Position numbers and translations under genes: made by a program
In this document: positions 1 through 7,713 of the stretch, piece after piece
How positions within the stretch are numbered: the stretch's first letter is position 1
Layout of the letters: each line of letters opens with the position of its first letter
Notes under the pieces: model-generated
What the model was told of the DNA's origin: nothing
Databases searched by the model: none
The model's input: only the letters and a program-made list of their open reading frames with translations
IMG/VR virus record: IMGVR_UViG_3300017989_000027
Length of the DNA: 49,973 nt
From: a virus
Direction: 5' to 3' (one strand)

Positions 1-123
1 GTCAGGGTCTTCGGGTGGGCGGCGTTCCTGAAAGGATTGTGGTTCTGCCGAACGACACGGTTCCTTGTTGGTTGATTCTCCTGTAACGGGTGTTTGTGGG
101 CAGTTGGTTGGATCGGGGACACA
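1..123. repeat. Terminal direct repeat. Bases 1-123 are identical to 49851-49973, consistent with a circular-assembly overlap and a unit genome of 49,850 bp.
   Basis: Both ends read base by base. gtcagggtcttcgggtgggc...gatcggggacaca occurs at both termini. Confidence 0.95.
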
Positions 124-339
124 ACCAAACTGCTTAGACCGCTTTGCATGAATCTGTCGCTCTCGTGACTTTTCTATAGAAGATTGTATGGCGTCGAATA
201 CCTCCTTTCGATGGATGGGCATTTCCCGTGGGGCTTCAATTCCGAGACGTACCTTGTCGCCTCGGATTTCTACGATGGTGATGGTGACCGAATCGTTGAT
301 AACGATACTCTCGTTCTTTTTGCGGGATAGGATTAGCAT
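1..339 (-). CDS. csrA: CsrA/RsmA-family RNA-binding regulator, 115 aa, with a ~55-aa C-terminal extension. The ORF runs off the window start and closes at TAA 49842-49844 across the circular junction. It is absent from the ORF track.
   Basis: Hand translation from ATG 337-339 gives [113 protein letters not shown], then GD and stop. CsrA hallmarks are present: MLxLxRK..E.I.I, GD.VRLGI.AP, IHR.EV. An SD-like GAAGGGA lies upstream. Confidence 0.85.
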   Translation of the reverse strand, partial: MLILSRKKNESIVINDSVTITIVEIRGDKVRLGIEAPREMPIHRKEVFDAIQSSIEKSRERQIHAKRSKQFGCVPDPTNCPQTPVTGESTNKEPCRSAEPQSFQERRPPEDPD

Positions 340-378
340 GGTAATTCCCTTCGTGGATTGGGGTTGAGGGGGTTGGGT

Positions 379-456
379 AGAAAACAACGGGCCGGGTGGG
401 ATGCCCATCCGCACGGAAGGCTAACTCAGCAATTGTCCTCGCCTTCCTCCCGGCCC
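379..456 (-). terminator. Structured element with a U-run between orf124 and csrA. It could be an intrinsic terminator, an attenuator or the csrA leader.
   Basis: In mRNA sense, an outer stem GGGCCGGG/CCCGGCCC encloses hairpin GGAAGGC-19 nt-GCCUUCC (loop contains GAGGACAA) and GGAU-GGGC-AUCC. It is followed by GUUGUUUUCU. Confidence 0.4.
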
Positions 457-474
457 GTCGCTCTCAGATCGAGA

Positions 475-849
475 TTAGAATGCCATGTCCCAAAGGACTT
501 CGGCAACGGTAATCAGCATACGGCCGATCAGAGGCTCGATGATCTTGTCGGGTCCCGGGCAGTCGATTACTTTTGATACATCTTCCCAGGCAGCGGCTAC
601 CACGTCGAGGAATAGCCGCTTGCGTTCAACCAGGTCTTCCGGGATCAGTTCTGATAGGGTTTTGGAGACTTTGATGATGGTCCCGACGATTGGCTTCAGG
701 TCGTCCAAACCAAAGCCGTCCTGGAATCGGATCTCCAGGGTGGATCGAAGCAGGCGGTACTGTTGTTTGATCTGGTCCCAGGCTTCGCTGGAACTCCAAT
801 TCGTGACTAGACGGTCTGGAAATGGTAACGCTGACAGTGACGTGTTCAT
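475..849 (-). CDS. Hypothetical protein, 124 aa.
   Basis: Intact ORF with ATG 849 preceded by SD CAGGAG. First gene downstream of the sigma70-like promoter. No recognisable motif, and not FliW-like. Confidence 0.6.
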   Translation of the reverse strand: MNTSLSALPFPDRLVTNWSSSEAWDQIKQQYRLLRSTLEIRFQDGFGLDDLKPIVGTIIKVSKTLSELIPEDLVERKRLFLDVVAAAWEDVSKVIDCPGPDKIIEPLIGRMLITVAEVLWDMAF

Positions 850-925
850 GGGTAGACTCCTGTAGGACTTGGGTTTGACGTGTAATGGGTACTGGAAGAA
901 TCCTTCCCCACCCTAACCACCCTCC

Positions 926-953
926 ATTTTAGCGATGTTTTGGGACTTGTCAA
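926..953 (-). promoter_or_regulatory. Sigma70-like promoter for the orf124-csrA unit.
   Basis: The minus strand reads TTGACA (953-948), a 16-nt spacer, then TAAAAT (931-926). The -35 overlaps one of three GGGACTTG repeats. Confidence 0.45.
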
Positions 954-1000
954 CGGGAAGGTAAAATTGACCTAGCCCAAAGTGGGACTTGGGGTTACGG

Positions 1001-2983
1001 TTATTCTCCAATCTTCGCACGTTGCCATAGATGATGCACTTGATCGTTGACCTTGTAGGTGTTGGAGGGACGACCTTGAAGGCCGGTTGTCAGGGAACCA
1101 CGTAGGATGATCCCAAGTTCTAGGAGGTTTTCCAAGCGTTTGCGTAGGGTCGTCATGGGGATACGTAGTTCGGTTGCAAGCTCCGTTGTACTGGCGTATT
1201 CAGGATGACAGTTGATGAGGTAGGTGATGATTTCCCGGTGCCATCCAATGATCGTGTCCAGGGCTACTTGTTCCCCGATCTCATAGATGCCCTTGTCGAT
1301 AGGACGATGGTAGATGACTGCAAGGCAACGCAATAGCTTTGCGACTTGCTTGGCAATCCGGGTCCCAATCTCTGGCCGAGAACGAAAGGCAAGGCCGCTG
1401 TCACGGGTGCGATGGACCGTGGTTCGGAGGATACCGACCAGTTGGGCAAGGGCCAGAAGACGGGCTTTGACCCAGGATGGGAGTTTGGGTGCCTTGATGC
1501 GTTCTTTCAGATCGAAGCCGTCCAGGTAGTACGAGACGAGACCATAGACTTCCCGTTCCAGGGACACTTCGGAATCCAGACTGTTCAAGGCTGCCTTGAC
1601 GTGGAGTTCCGGGTTGTGGGAAGGATCAATGAAGTTCATCTTCAGGAATCGCTCCCCAAGGGTTGCACGTTCATCCCCATGAATAATGTCGGTTACACCT
1701 GCTATTAAAGAGAAGTAGCAGTTGTCATAGTTTCGGGTGACTTGGTTGCCGAATGGGGTGCGAATGCTCCCATCGTATGCCTGGCGTAGTGTGCCGTACA
1801 GTTCTTCCTGGACACCAGCAGGCATGGAGATGATTTCGGTGTAGTCCCGTAGGACAAGACACCGGCCACGTAGCTTTGGGAGAAGGGATGGATCGGAACC
1901 GTCCGTTGTCTTGTAGCCTGAGATGAGACTGTGTGCCGTCATGCGTGACTCGAATTGGCAGCATGTGGCGTCACGGGTGGACTTGAGAAGGGCGGTTTTA
2001 CCCGAGCCCGGTGGACCTACCAGGAAGACCCATAGGGGATCGCCCGGCAGTTGAATGGAGATTGCCGTTGCAAAGATGACCGCTAGTGACCTTTCCATGT
2101 TGTCGTCAATGTGGAGGTACTTGCGATAGGCTTTGATGATCTTGGGGAAGGTGATCTTGCCCTTGGGCTTGAAGGTCTTTTGCTCGGAACCAAGCATGCC
2201 ATGGATCTTTTTCCATGCAGCAGTTGCCGTGGAAGACTTGATGATGTCGGAGATGTCCATCCCGTCTGGGGCAGAAGCAGGCCACCGGAGACGATGGACG
2301 GCACGGCAAGGGCTGGATAGCATCAGCTTGGTACGTTCCATCCCGGAGTCCCCGGCAGGGTCGTTGTCGAAAAGAAGATTGACCACCCGGCCAGAGAAGA
2401 ATTGCCCTGCCCAGTCCTGCTTGAAGGTGTTGGCACCTGGGGTTCCCAGGACAGAAACCTCATCCTCTTTCTTCAAGCGTTTGACCAGTTGACGCATGGC
2501 GTAGGTGTCCCAGAAACCCTCGCACAGATAGATGGGCCCTTTGTCCAACAGGTTGGATAGACCGATCAAGTGGACGCTTAGGCCGGGTGAGGAGATGATT
2601 TTCTGCTTGTCCCCCTGAAACAGAACGTGTAGGTTGACCATCCGGCCTTCCTGATTGCAGACAGGGAAGAGCCAGTTGCCTTCGTCCTTTGCAAGTCCTT
2701 GGTCTTGGAAGGTACGGGCGGATAGCTTTCTCCACCTGGCCAGTTCGTTGTAGTCGGCCATGGTGGTATTACGTAGACAGGATTCGTGGAGTTGGGAGAT
2801 GAACGTGTAAGCATTGCCGGAACCACCATGTGACTTACAGTCCCACTGCCCGGTTTGCTCGTTGACGTAGAAGTGGTTTTCCTTTCCGCAAAAAGGGCAG
2901 GTACCGACTGCTTGGCCGGTACCTTCGTGACTTTCGAGATGAATCCCGAAGAATGAAAAGAGACGCAACTTTTTACTGGCCAT
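1001..2983 (-). CDS. Bifunctional DNA primase-helicase: zinc finger, TOPRIM domain, P-loop helicase and a C-terminal wHTH.
   Basis: Motifs seen: CPFCGKENHFYVNEQTGQWDCKSHG zinc finger, TOPRIM LCEGFWD and LFDNDPAGDSG, Walker A VGPPGSGKTALL. I chose start M29 (MASKK, ATG 2983), which overlaps the polymerase stop by 11 nt. The track ORF extends to 3067. Confidence 0.85.
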   Translation of the reverse strand: MASKKLRLFSFFGIHLESHEGTGQAVGTCPFCGKENHFYVNEQTGQWDCKSHGGSGNAYTFISQLHESCLRNTTMADYNELARWRKLSARTFQDQGLAKDEGNWLFPVCNQEGRMVNLHVLFQGDKQKIISSPGLSVHLIGLSNLLDKGPIYLCEGFWDTYAMRQLVKRLKKEDEVSVLGTPGANTFKQDWAGQFFSGRVVNLLFDNDPAGDSGMERTKLMLSSPCRAVHRLRWPASAPDGMDISDIIKSSTATAAWKKIHGMLGSEQKTFKPKGKITFPKIIKAYRKYLHIDDNMERSLAVIFATAISIQLPGDPLWVFLVGPPGSGKTALLKSTRDATCCQFESRMTAHSLISGYKTTDGSDPSLLPKLRGRCLVLRDYTEIISMPAGVQEELYGTLRQAYDGSIRTPFGNQVTRNYDNCYFSLIAGVTDIIHGDERATLGERFLKMNFIDPSHNPELHVKAALNSLDSEVSLEREVYGLVSYYLDGFDLKERIKAPKLPSWVKARLLALAQLVGILRTTVHRTRDSGLAFRSRPEIGTRIAKQVAKLLRCLAVIYHRPIDKGIYEIGEQVALDTIIGWHREIITYLINCHPEYASTTELATELRIPMTTLRKRLENLLELGIILRGSLTTGLQGRPSNTYKVNDQVHHLWQRAKIGE

Positions 2984-4877
2984 CTGGAACCTCCTTTGCG
3001 TCCATCCAGTTGGTTGTGACGATCTTGAACGAGACGGGAGTTTTGATCCCCATCCTGGCACCTTCAAATTCCATTCGCTCCTTGATGAATTTGATTAGCC
3101 CCTTCGACTTGCGGTAGCGGTTGGGAACCTCGAAGATCAACTCATCATGGATGTTGTTGATGATTTCCACACCGGGGAAGCGTCTGGTGCCCAGCCCATC
3201 ATAGAAGAGGGCGAGCATGGCCTTCTTCACGATTTGACCGGCAGTCCCTTGGATTACGTAGTCAACCGCTTTATACGTTCGATCCCCTCCGACTGCAAGG
3301 GGATAGCCATCAGCCGTGTAGACAACCCCATCCGCTTCAGCTTGGTTGATAGTCCTCCGGACAAACCTGGCAATGTCCGTGTAGGCTTGGCGGAATAGAT
3401 CACCAATGTTTTCTACACCTGTCATGGCTTGGAGTTTTGCTTTCCCAGCACCATAGACGATAGCAAAGTTGGCATTCTTGGCGGCCTTCCGAGTAATCCC
3501 GCAAAGGTCTGCCGTCCATTGATGAATGTCAGCCCCAGCCTCAAAGGCTTCCAACATGTTGGGCTCGTCTGCCATGACGGACAGGATTCTGAGTTCCAAC
3601 TGGCTGTAGTCAACACAGTACCAAAAGGTTCCCTGAATGGGACGGAACGCCTTACGTAGAGGTAACTCCGCACGGACCCCAACATTCTGTGGATTGGGGT
3701 TGGACCCGGAGAACCGTGTGGTTTTCGTTCCCGTCTGATTTAGGGATGGGTGAAGACGGCAGGCTTGGTCTTCATGGGCCCTGGCTGAGTCCATGTAGCC
3801 TTGCAGATACTTCATCCCCGTTTCCGCCTTGCGACTTGCATAGAGGGCATCGAGCAGATTCTTTTGTTTGCGGGTTAGGTCATGTTCCCGAAGCAATTCC
3901 AAGGTCTCTGCATCTGTTGAAAGTTGCCCCTTGGGTGTGCGTTTGACGGACGGAAAACCATACTTCTCATACATTAAGATCCGAAGTTGATAGGATGATT
4001 GTGGATTGAATTCCGGAAGACCATGTTCCTTCGCCCTTTTCTGGAGGAAAGTATGGTACTGTCTTTTCCTACCATTCAAGTCAATACAGAGTCGGGCTGT
4101 CCCATCCATGTCCAGTGGTAATCCAATGGCTTCCATGCGAAGCAAAAGGGGTTGGAGTAGGAGATGGTTTCGGTAGTGCTCGAAGTCCCGATCAAAGCTG
4201 CCAGCCTTAGACCAGCTATTGAGATGTTTCCACAGATGTTTCCAGAGTCTAATTGTCCGGACCACATCTGCAATCCCGTACCGCAGTGTCTTGTCCTCCA
4301 AGGGTTTCAAGTGTGGGTTCAGTGCCTTTGGCATCCATGAGTCCCATTGGGTGACCTCACCTAAAGGCCAAGGTGGGTGTTGTTTGCTTGCCTGCCGTCT
4401 TGCCCTCCGGATTTCGTCCATCATGTCTTCCTGATCCGTTGGAAGCATCCCGAGGTACTTGATGGCAAGGTCTTTCAGCCCTATGGCATCTGACGAATTG
4501 AGGACATGGGCGAGACAAATGGTGTCTTCGACGTGGTGCCCGAAGGGAAGGAACTGGCCCTGCTCTATGGCGTCCTTAGACCATTGCTTGACTTGCTTCA
4601 ACCATTTGGTGTATGGGATGAAGGTGAGGAACAGGGCCAAAAGATCGAATTTGGCATTGTGGAATATCCAAGGGTCGTATTTGTTGAGGGTGACAAGCAT
4701 TCGTTTGACTTCCCCACTTGAATACTCTACTTGCCTTGTCAGTGGATTGACGGGCCACTGCCAGGAATAGACTTTCTCGTCTTCATCGCAGGCAGTGACC
4801 ATGAAGGCCCGGTGACCGGAATGGAGAAGGGTCCCGGTAGTCTCCGTATCAATCGCTATGGATTTAGGGTTTCGCAT
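2973..4877 (-). CDS. Family-A DNA polymerase with 3'-5' exonuclease domain, 634 aa.
   Basis: Exo I IAIDTETTG, motif A DYSQLELRIL, motif B RKAAKNANFAIVYG, motif C NIHDELIFEV. Confidence 0.9.
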   Translation of the reverse strand: MRNPKSIAIDTETTGTLLHSGHRAFMVTACDEDEKVYSWQWPVNPLTRQVEYSSGEVKRMLVTLNKYDPWIFHNAKFDLLALFLTFIPYTKWLKQVKQWSKDAIEQGQFLPFGHHVEDTICLAHVLNSSDAIGLKDLAIKYLGMLPTDQEDMMDEIRRARRQASKQHPPWPLGEVTQWDSWMPKALNPHLKPLEDKTLRYGIADVVRTIRLWKHLWKHLNSWSKAGSFDRDFEHYRNHLLLQPLLLRMEAIGLPLDMDGTARLCIDLNGRKRQYHTFLQKRAKEHGLPEFNPQSSYQLRILMYEKYGFPSVKRTPKGQLSTDAETLELLREHDLTRKQKNLLDALYASRKAETGMKYLQGYMDSARAHEDQACRLHPSLNQTGTKTTRFSGSNPNPQNVGVRAELPLRKAFRPIQGTFWYCVDYSQLELRILSVMADEPNMLEAFEAGADIHQWTADLCGITRKAAKNANFAIVYGAGKAKLQAMTGVENIGDLFRQAYTDIARFVRRTINQAEADGVVYTADGYPLAVGGDRTYKAVDYVIQGTAGQIVKKAMLALFYDGLGTRRFPGVEIINNIHDELIFEVPNRYRKSKGLIKFIKERMEFEGARMGIKTPVSFKIVTTNWMDAKEVPDGQ

Positions 4878-5101
4878 GTGAACACCTCATTTCTCAGGGC
4901 TTCGATAAGCCAACGTACAGTAGGCACAGGAAGCTCAACACGGACAATACCATCTGATGATTGTATCTCCTCGTTCGTCGGAAGACCTACAACAAATGCT
5001 GATTGATTGAGTGGGAGATTGATAACAATCTTTGGTGGAAGGATCGTGTTCACAGGAACACTATGCCCAACCGAGATGTACTTTCGCTTTTCGTCTGACA
5101 T
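4856..5101 (-). CDS. Hypothetical protein, 81 aa (MSDEKRKY...).
   Basis: I chose the internal ATG 5101 with SD AAAGGA. The longer track ORF (to 5254) runs into the pentamer array. Overlaps the polymerase start by 22 nt. Confidence 0.55.
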   Translation of the reverse strand: MSDEKRKYISVGHSVPVNTILPPKIVINLPLNQSAFVVGLPTNEEIQSSDGIVRVELPVPTVRWLIEALRNEVFTCETLNP

Positions 5102-5122
5102 GGTAAGATCCTTTCTGTTGGA

Positions 5123-5621
5123 GTGTGAAAACCGTTCCTTTCCACTCCGTTCCATTCCCCTCCCGTCCAATCCCGTCCCCTCCTTTCCATTCCAATCCAG
5201 TCTTCTCCGCTCCAGTACGCTCCTTTCCATTGAATGGATGATAAGGACAACCATTCCAGTCCAATCCTCTCCCCTCCTCTCCTGTCCTTTTCAGTCCAAT
5301 CCAGTCCTTTCCGGTCCCATCCATTCCGTTGTGGATGATGAGGACGCCATTGCGTTCCGAATCCTTTCCGCTCCAGTCCTCTCCCGTCCGGTCCTCTCCT
5401 GTCCAATCCTCTCCCATCCCCTCCATTCCGTTCCGATCCATTGAATGGATGATGAGGACAACCGTTCCAGTCCACTCCTCTTCAATCCCTTCCCGTCCAG
5501 TCCAATCCCCTCCTATCCCTTCCCGTCCATTGAATGGATGATGAGGACGCCATTGCGTTCCTTTCCGGTCCTTTCCTATCCTCTCCCGTCCCGTCCTTGC
5601 CTTTCCGCTCCTTTCCGGTCC
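5123..5621 (-). repeat. GGANN pentamer satellite locus R1. Five blocks of 19, 14, 16, 12 and 12 units separated by four 29-33-nt anchors.
   Basis: The + strand parses as (NNTCC)n with exact 5-nt phase. Anchors lie at 5229-5257, 5328-5358, 5440-5468 and 5529-5561 (ATTGAATGGATGATGAGGAC..GTTCC). Confidence 0.9.
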
Positions 5622-5633
5622 TTTGTTTACGTC

Positions 5634-6194
5634 TTACTCTCCTATCGGAGCAAGCAGGCGATAGTTGGTGTAGACCCTGCCGTCATTGGAGGGCGTCTTG
5701 ACGGCCATGAACCTGATTTCATCGCCACTGGACCCCAGTTCCCTCGCGATTTCAGGAAGCTGTTCCAGTTCGATTTCCATCGGGTTGTACCCAAGGGTCG
5801 TGAGTGCCTGCCCAAGGATTCGGAAATCCACTTCGGTCGACAGCCGGAAGGGAATCTCAAAGTCCCTGCCCTTGAAGTCATCGGTTCCGTCCACGATGGT
5901 TTCCACGCCGTCCTCATCGACGGTCAACGCTGCGGAGGTCAGCTTGCAGGAAATGCAAAAGGCGTTCTGCCCGAACCTTTTCTTGATCCCGCCACTTGAC
6001 AGACGACCAGTGTACTCGCCGGCAGGCAGATCATTGCCCATCCGGTTCATCTTCCACTGCTCGGCCAGTTGGGCATCCGGTACCCAGTCGTTGGAAGAAC
6101 CCATCGAGCCTGTCTGGCTTCGATGCACTCCACCCTTCTTCGACTTGGTACTTTTCTTGGTGCTCTTCTTACTGGACTTCTTACGGGTTGCCAT
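5634..6194 (-). CDS. Hypothetical basic protein, 186 aa. It may be a DUF669-like ssDNA-binding protein, but that inference is positional only.
   Basis: Lys/Ser-rich N-terminus KKSSKKSTKKSTKSKK. It sits next to the Sak4-like ATPase in the replication module. Confidence 0.6.
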   Translation of the reverse strand: MATRKKSSKKSTKKSTKSKKGGVHRSQTGSMGSSNDWVPDAQLAEQWKMNRMGNDLPAGEYTGRLSSGGIKKRFGQNAFCISCKLTSAALTVDEDGVETIVDGTDDFKGRDFEIPFRLSTEVDFRILGQALTTLGYNPMEIELEQLPEIARELGSSGDEIRFMAVKTPSNDGRVYTNYRLLAPIGE

Positions 6195-6260
6195 GGCAAC
6201 TTCTCCCTAGATTGAGAAACATTGTGTTACAACGACGTTACGCGAGTAGCTACTCTGCCT

Positions 6261-7178
6261 CTACTCTTCCTCTTCGTCTTCCTCTTCGTCTTCCTCGGGT
6301 TCTTCCTCCTCTATAAAGCCGTACATCTTGTTGTTGTACCCGGCCAGGAGATCCTGATAAGCGTGCTTTGGTGTTTGGGATGACACCATGAACTCGATTA
6401 ACGGATTTCCATCGGGGTCCAGAAAATGGTCAACGGGACCTGGCGATGCGTAGAGCAAGTTGGTTCCACGCACCGTGATTGACCTTTCCCCCTTCCGATA
6501 GTAATAGAAGAGGACAAGATCGCAGATGTCTTTCATCAGATCCCAGGCAGCCCCACACCCAGGTTCCCACTCGTCAAAGGCGTCCCCATCCCGTGGTGTG
6601 ATGGTAACCTTTTTGTAGTGAGAAGTAAAGATCATTGGGCAGCCGGACGTGAGAAGGGCTTCGTAGGTTGTGGCAAGCTCTTCTTTGGCTTCCGCCCAAA
6701 AAGCCATTCGCTGGTTGCCAGGGAGATCGTTGACCTTTTTGATCCCCCACTGCCTACGCATCCATTCCACACAACTCTTCCAGGCCCGGTCGATGGTGTC
6801 CGTTGCAATAGGCCGTGGGTTGTCCAGAAGAATCTCCACGTATTGCAACCACCGTTCCCAGTTCAATGGGGGTTCGCCAGGTCTTGGAGTTTGCTTTGCC
6901 CGGACGTTACGCCGTCTGGGTTCCCATTGGAAGATCGTGTAGCTCTGCCCATCCGCAGTACGCCATTGGGCACACATGCTTGTCTTCCCCACACCTTTCT
7001 TCCCGTAGAGGAAGACAGTGTAATCGTCAATGTTTGGCGGTGGGTCCGCCTCTTTCTGGGGAAGAACAATACGATCATCCGTCTTGGGTGCCGCTGCCTT
7101 CTTTCGAGTTCCCTTACGGGCAGGGGCCTTGCGTTTTGGTGCCGCCCTGCCAACCTTACGTGTCGGTGTTTTGGCCAT
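6261..7178 (-). CDS. RecA-fold AAA ATPase (Sak4-like) with an acidic C-terminal tail.
   Basis: Walker A YGKKGVGKTS, C-terminal EEEEPEEDEEEDEEEE, SD GAGGAGG upstream of ATG 7178. Confidence 0.75.
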   Translation of the reverse strand: MAKTPTRKVGRAAPKRKAPARKGTRKKAAAPKTDDRIVLPQKEADPPPNIDDYTVFLYGKKGVGKTSMCAQWRTADGQSYTIFQWEPRRRNVRAKQTPRPGEPPLNWERWLQYVEILLDNPRPIATDTIDRAWKSCVEWMRRQWGIKKVNDLPGNQRMAFWAEAKEELATTYEALLTSGCPMIFTSHYKKVTITPRDGDAFDEWEPGCGAAWDLMKDICDLVLFYYYRKGERSITVRGTNLLYASPGPVDHFLDPDGNPLIEFMVSSQTPKHAYQDLLAGYNNKMYGFIEEEEPEEDEEEDEEEE

Positions 7179-7196
7179 AACAGCCTCCTCGGGTTA

Positions 7197-7400
7197 GTGA
7201 TGAAAAACCATTGCTTTCCGATCCCGTCCGATCCGCTCCCCTCCTTTCCGCTCCCCTCCCCTCCGTTGTGTACAGAACCTTGAGAAAACCATTCCATTCC
7301 ATTCCGGTTCGATCCACTCCGGTCCAATCCGGTCAGCTCCCGTCCCTTCCTTTCCAGTTCGGTTCGTTCCTATCCAATCCTCTCCCCTCCGCTCCTTTCC
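7197..7400 (-). repeat. GGANN pentamer satellite locus R2. Blocks of 10 and 21 units with one anchor at 7265-7295.
   Basis: (NNTCC)n on the + strand. Starts 1 nt after stop codon 7402-7404 and ends 19 nt from ATG 7178. Confidence 0.9.
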
Positions 7401-7401
7401 T

Positions 7402-7701
7402 TTAGTGTTCACCCTTGCTGATGATCCCAGCAGCCTCTTGGAATGTTCTGATCCGGAAGATTGGCTTGCCGTCTTCCGTACAACCGAAGGCTGTTTCGAG
7501 TGCTATCGCAACCCGATTGACCAGTTGGGTGTATGCCCCAGGTAACAGATTCCGGAGGGCACCCGGAAGTGGATCGCTGACTTCGTACAACTTGGTCCGT
7601 TCGTTGATCTGAACTCGCTTTGCAGTCACATGGCGTTGCTCAAGCAACATGCGACCCATGATGGACTCCGGTGATAGACCACGCTTGATAACCTTGGGCA
7701 T
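7402..7701 (-). CDS. Hypothetical protein, 99 aa (MPKVIKRGL...).
   Basis: I chose the internal ATG 7701 with SD AAGGGGA. The N-terminal extension in the track ORF (to 8016) is translated pentamer array. Confidence 0.6.
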   Translation of the reverse strand: MPKVIKRGLSPESIMGRMLLEQRHVTAKRVQINERTKLYEVSDPLPGALRNLLPGAYTQLVNRVAIALETAFGCTEDGKPIFRIRTFQEAAGIISKGEH

Positions 7702-7713
7702 GATAGTCCCCTT

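Noticed and set aside
1-123. The 123-bp terminal repeat as an LTR, att site or mobile-element boundary.
   Set aside because: The identity is exact and sits at the very ends of the contig. An ORF (csrA) reads seamlessly through it. This is most simply a circular-assembly overlap.
475-849. orf124 as FliW, the usual CsrA antagonist encoded next to csrA.
   Set aside because: No resemblance to FliW sequences as I remember them. It is predicted to be helical rather than a beta-barrel. I left it as hypothetical.
5050-5541. Multiple long overlapping ORFs inside the pentamer arrays: 5050-5475, 5061-5441, 5007-5444, 5291-5485 and 5329-5541. The same occurs at 7194-7412, 7626-8035, 9694-10076, 11154-11637 and 44150-44566.
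   Set aside because: These regions are open in many frames on both strands only because (NNTCC)n is depleted in stop codons. A 5-nt period is incompatible with codon structure. The conserved positions are TCC and the variable positions show no codon pattern.
5123-5621. Reading the anchor/block architecture as a CRISPR array.
   Set aside because: The intervening blocks are low-complexity pentamers of variable length (45-125 nt), not unique spacers. The anchors fall into two diverged families. There is no cas gene, and the loci are scattered between genes.
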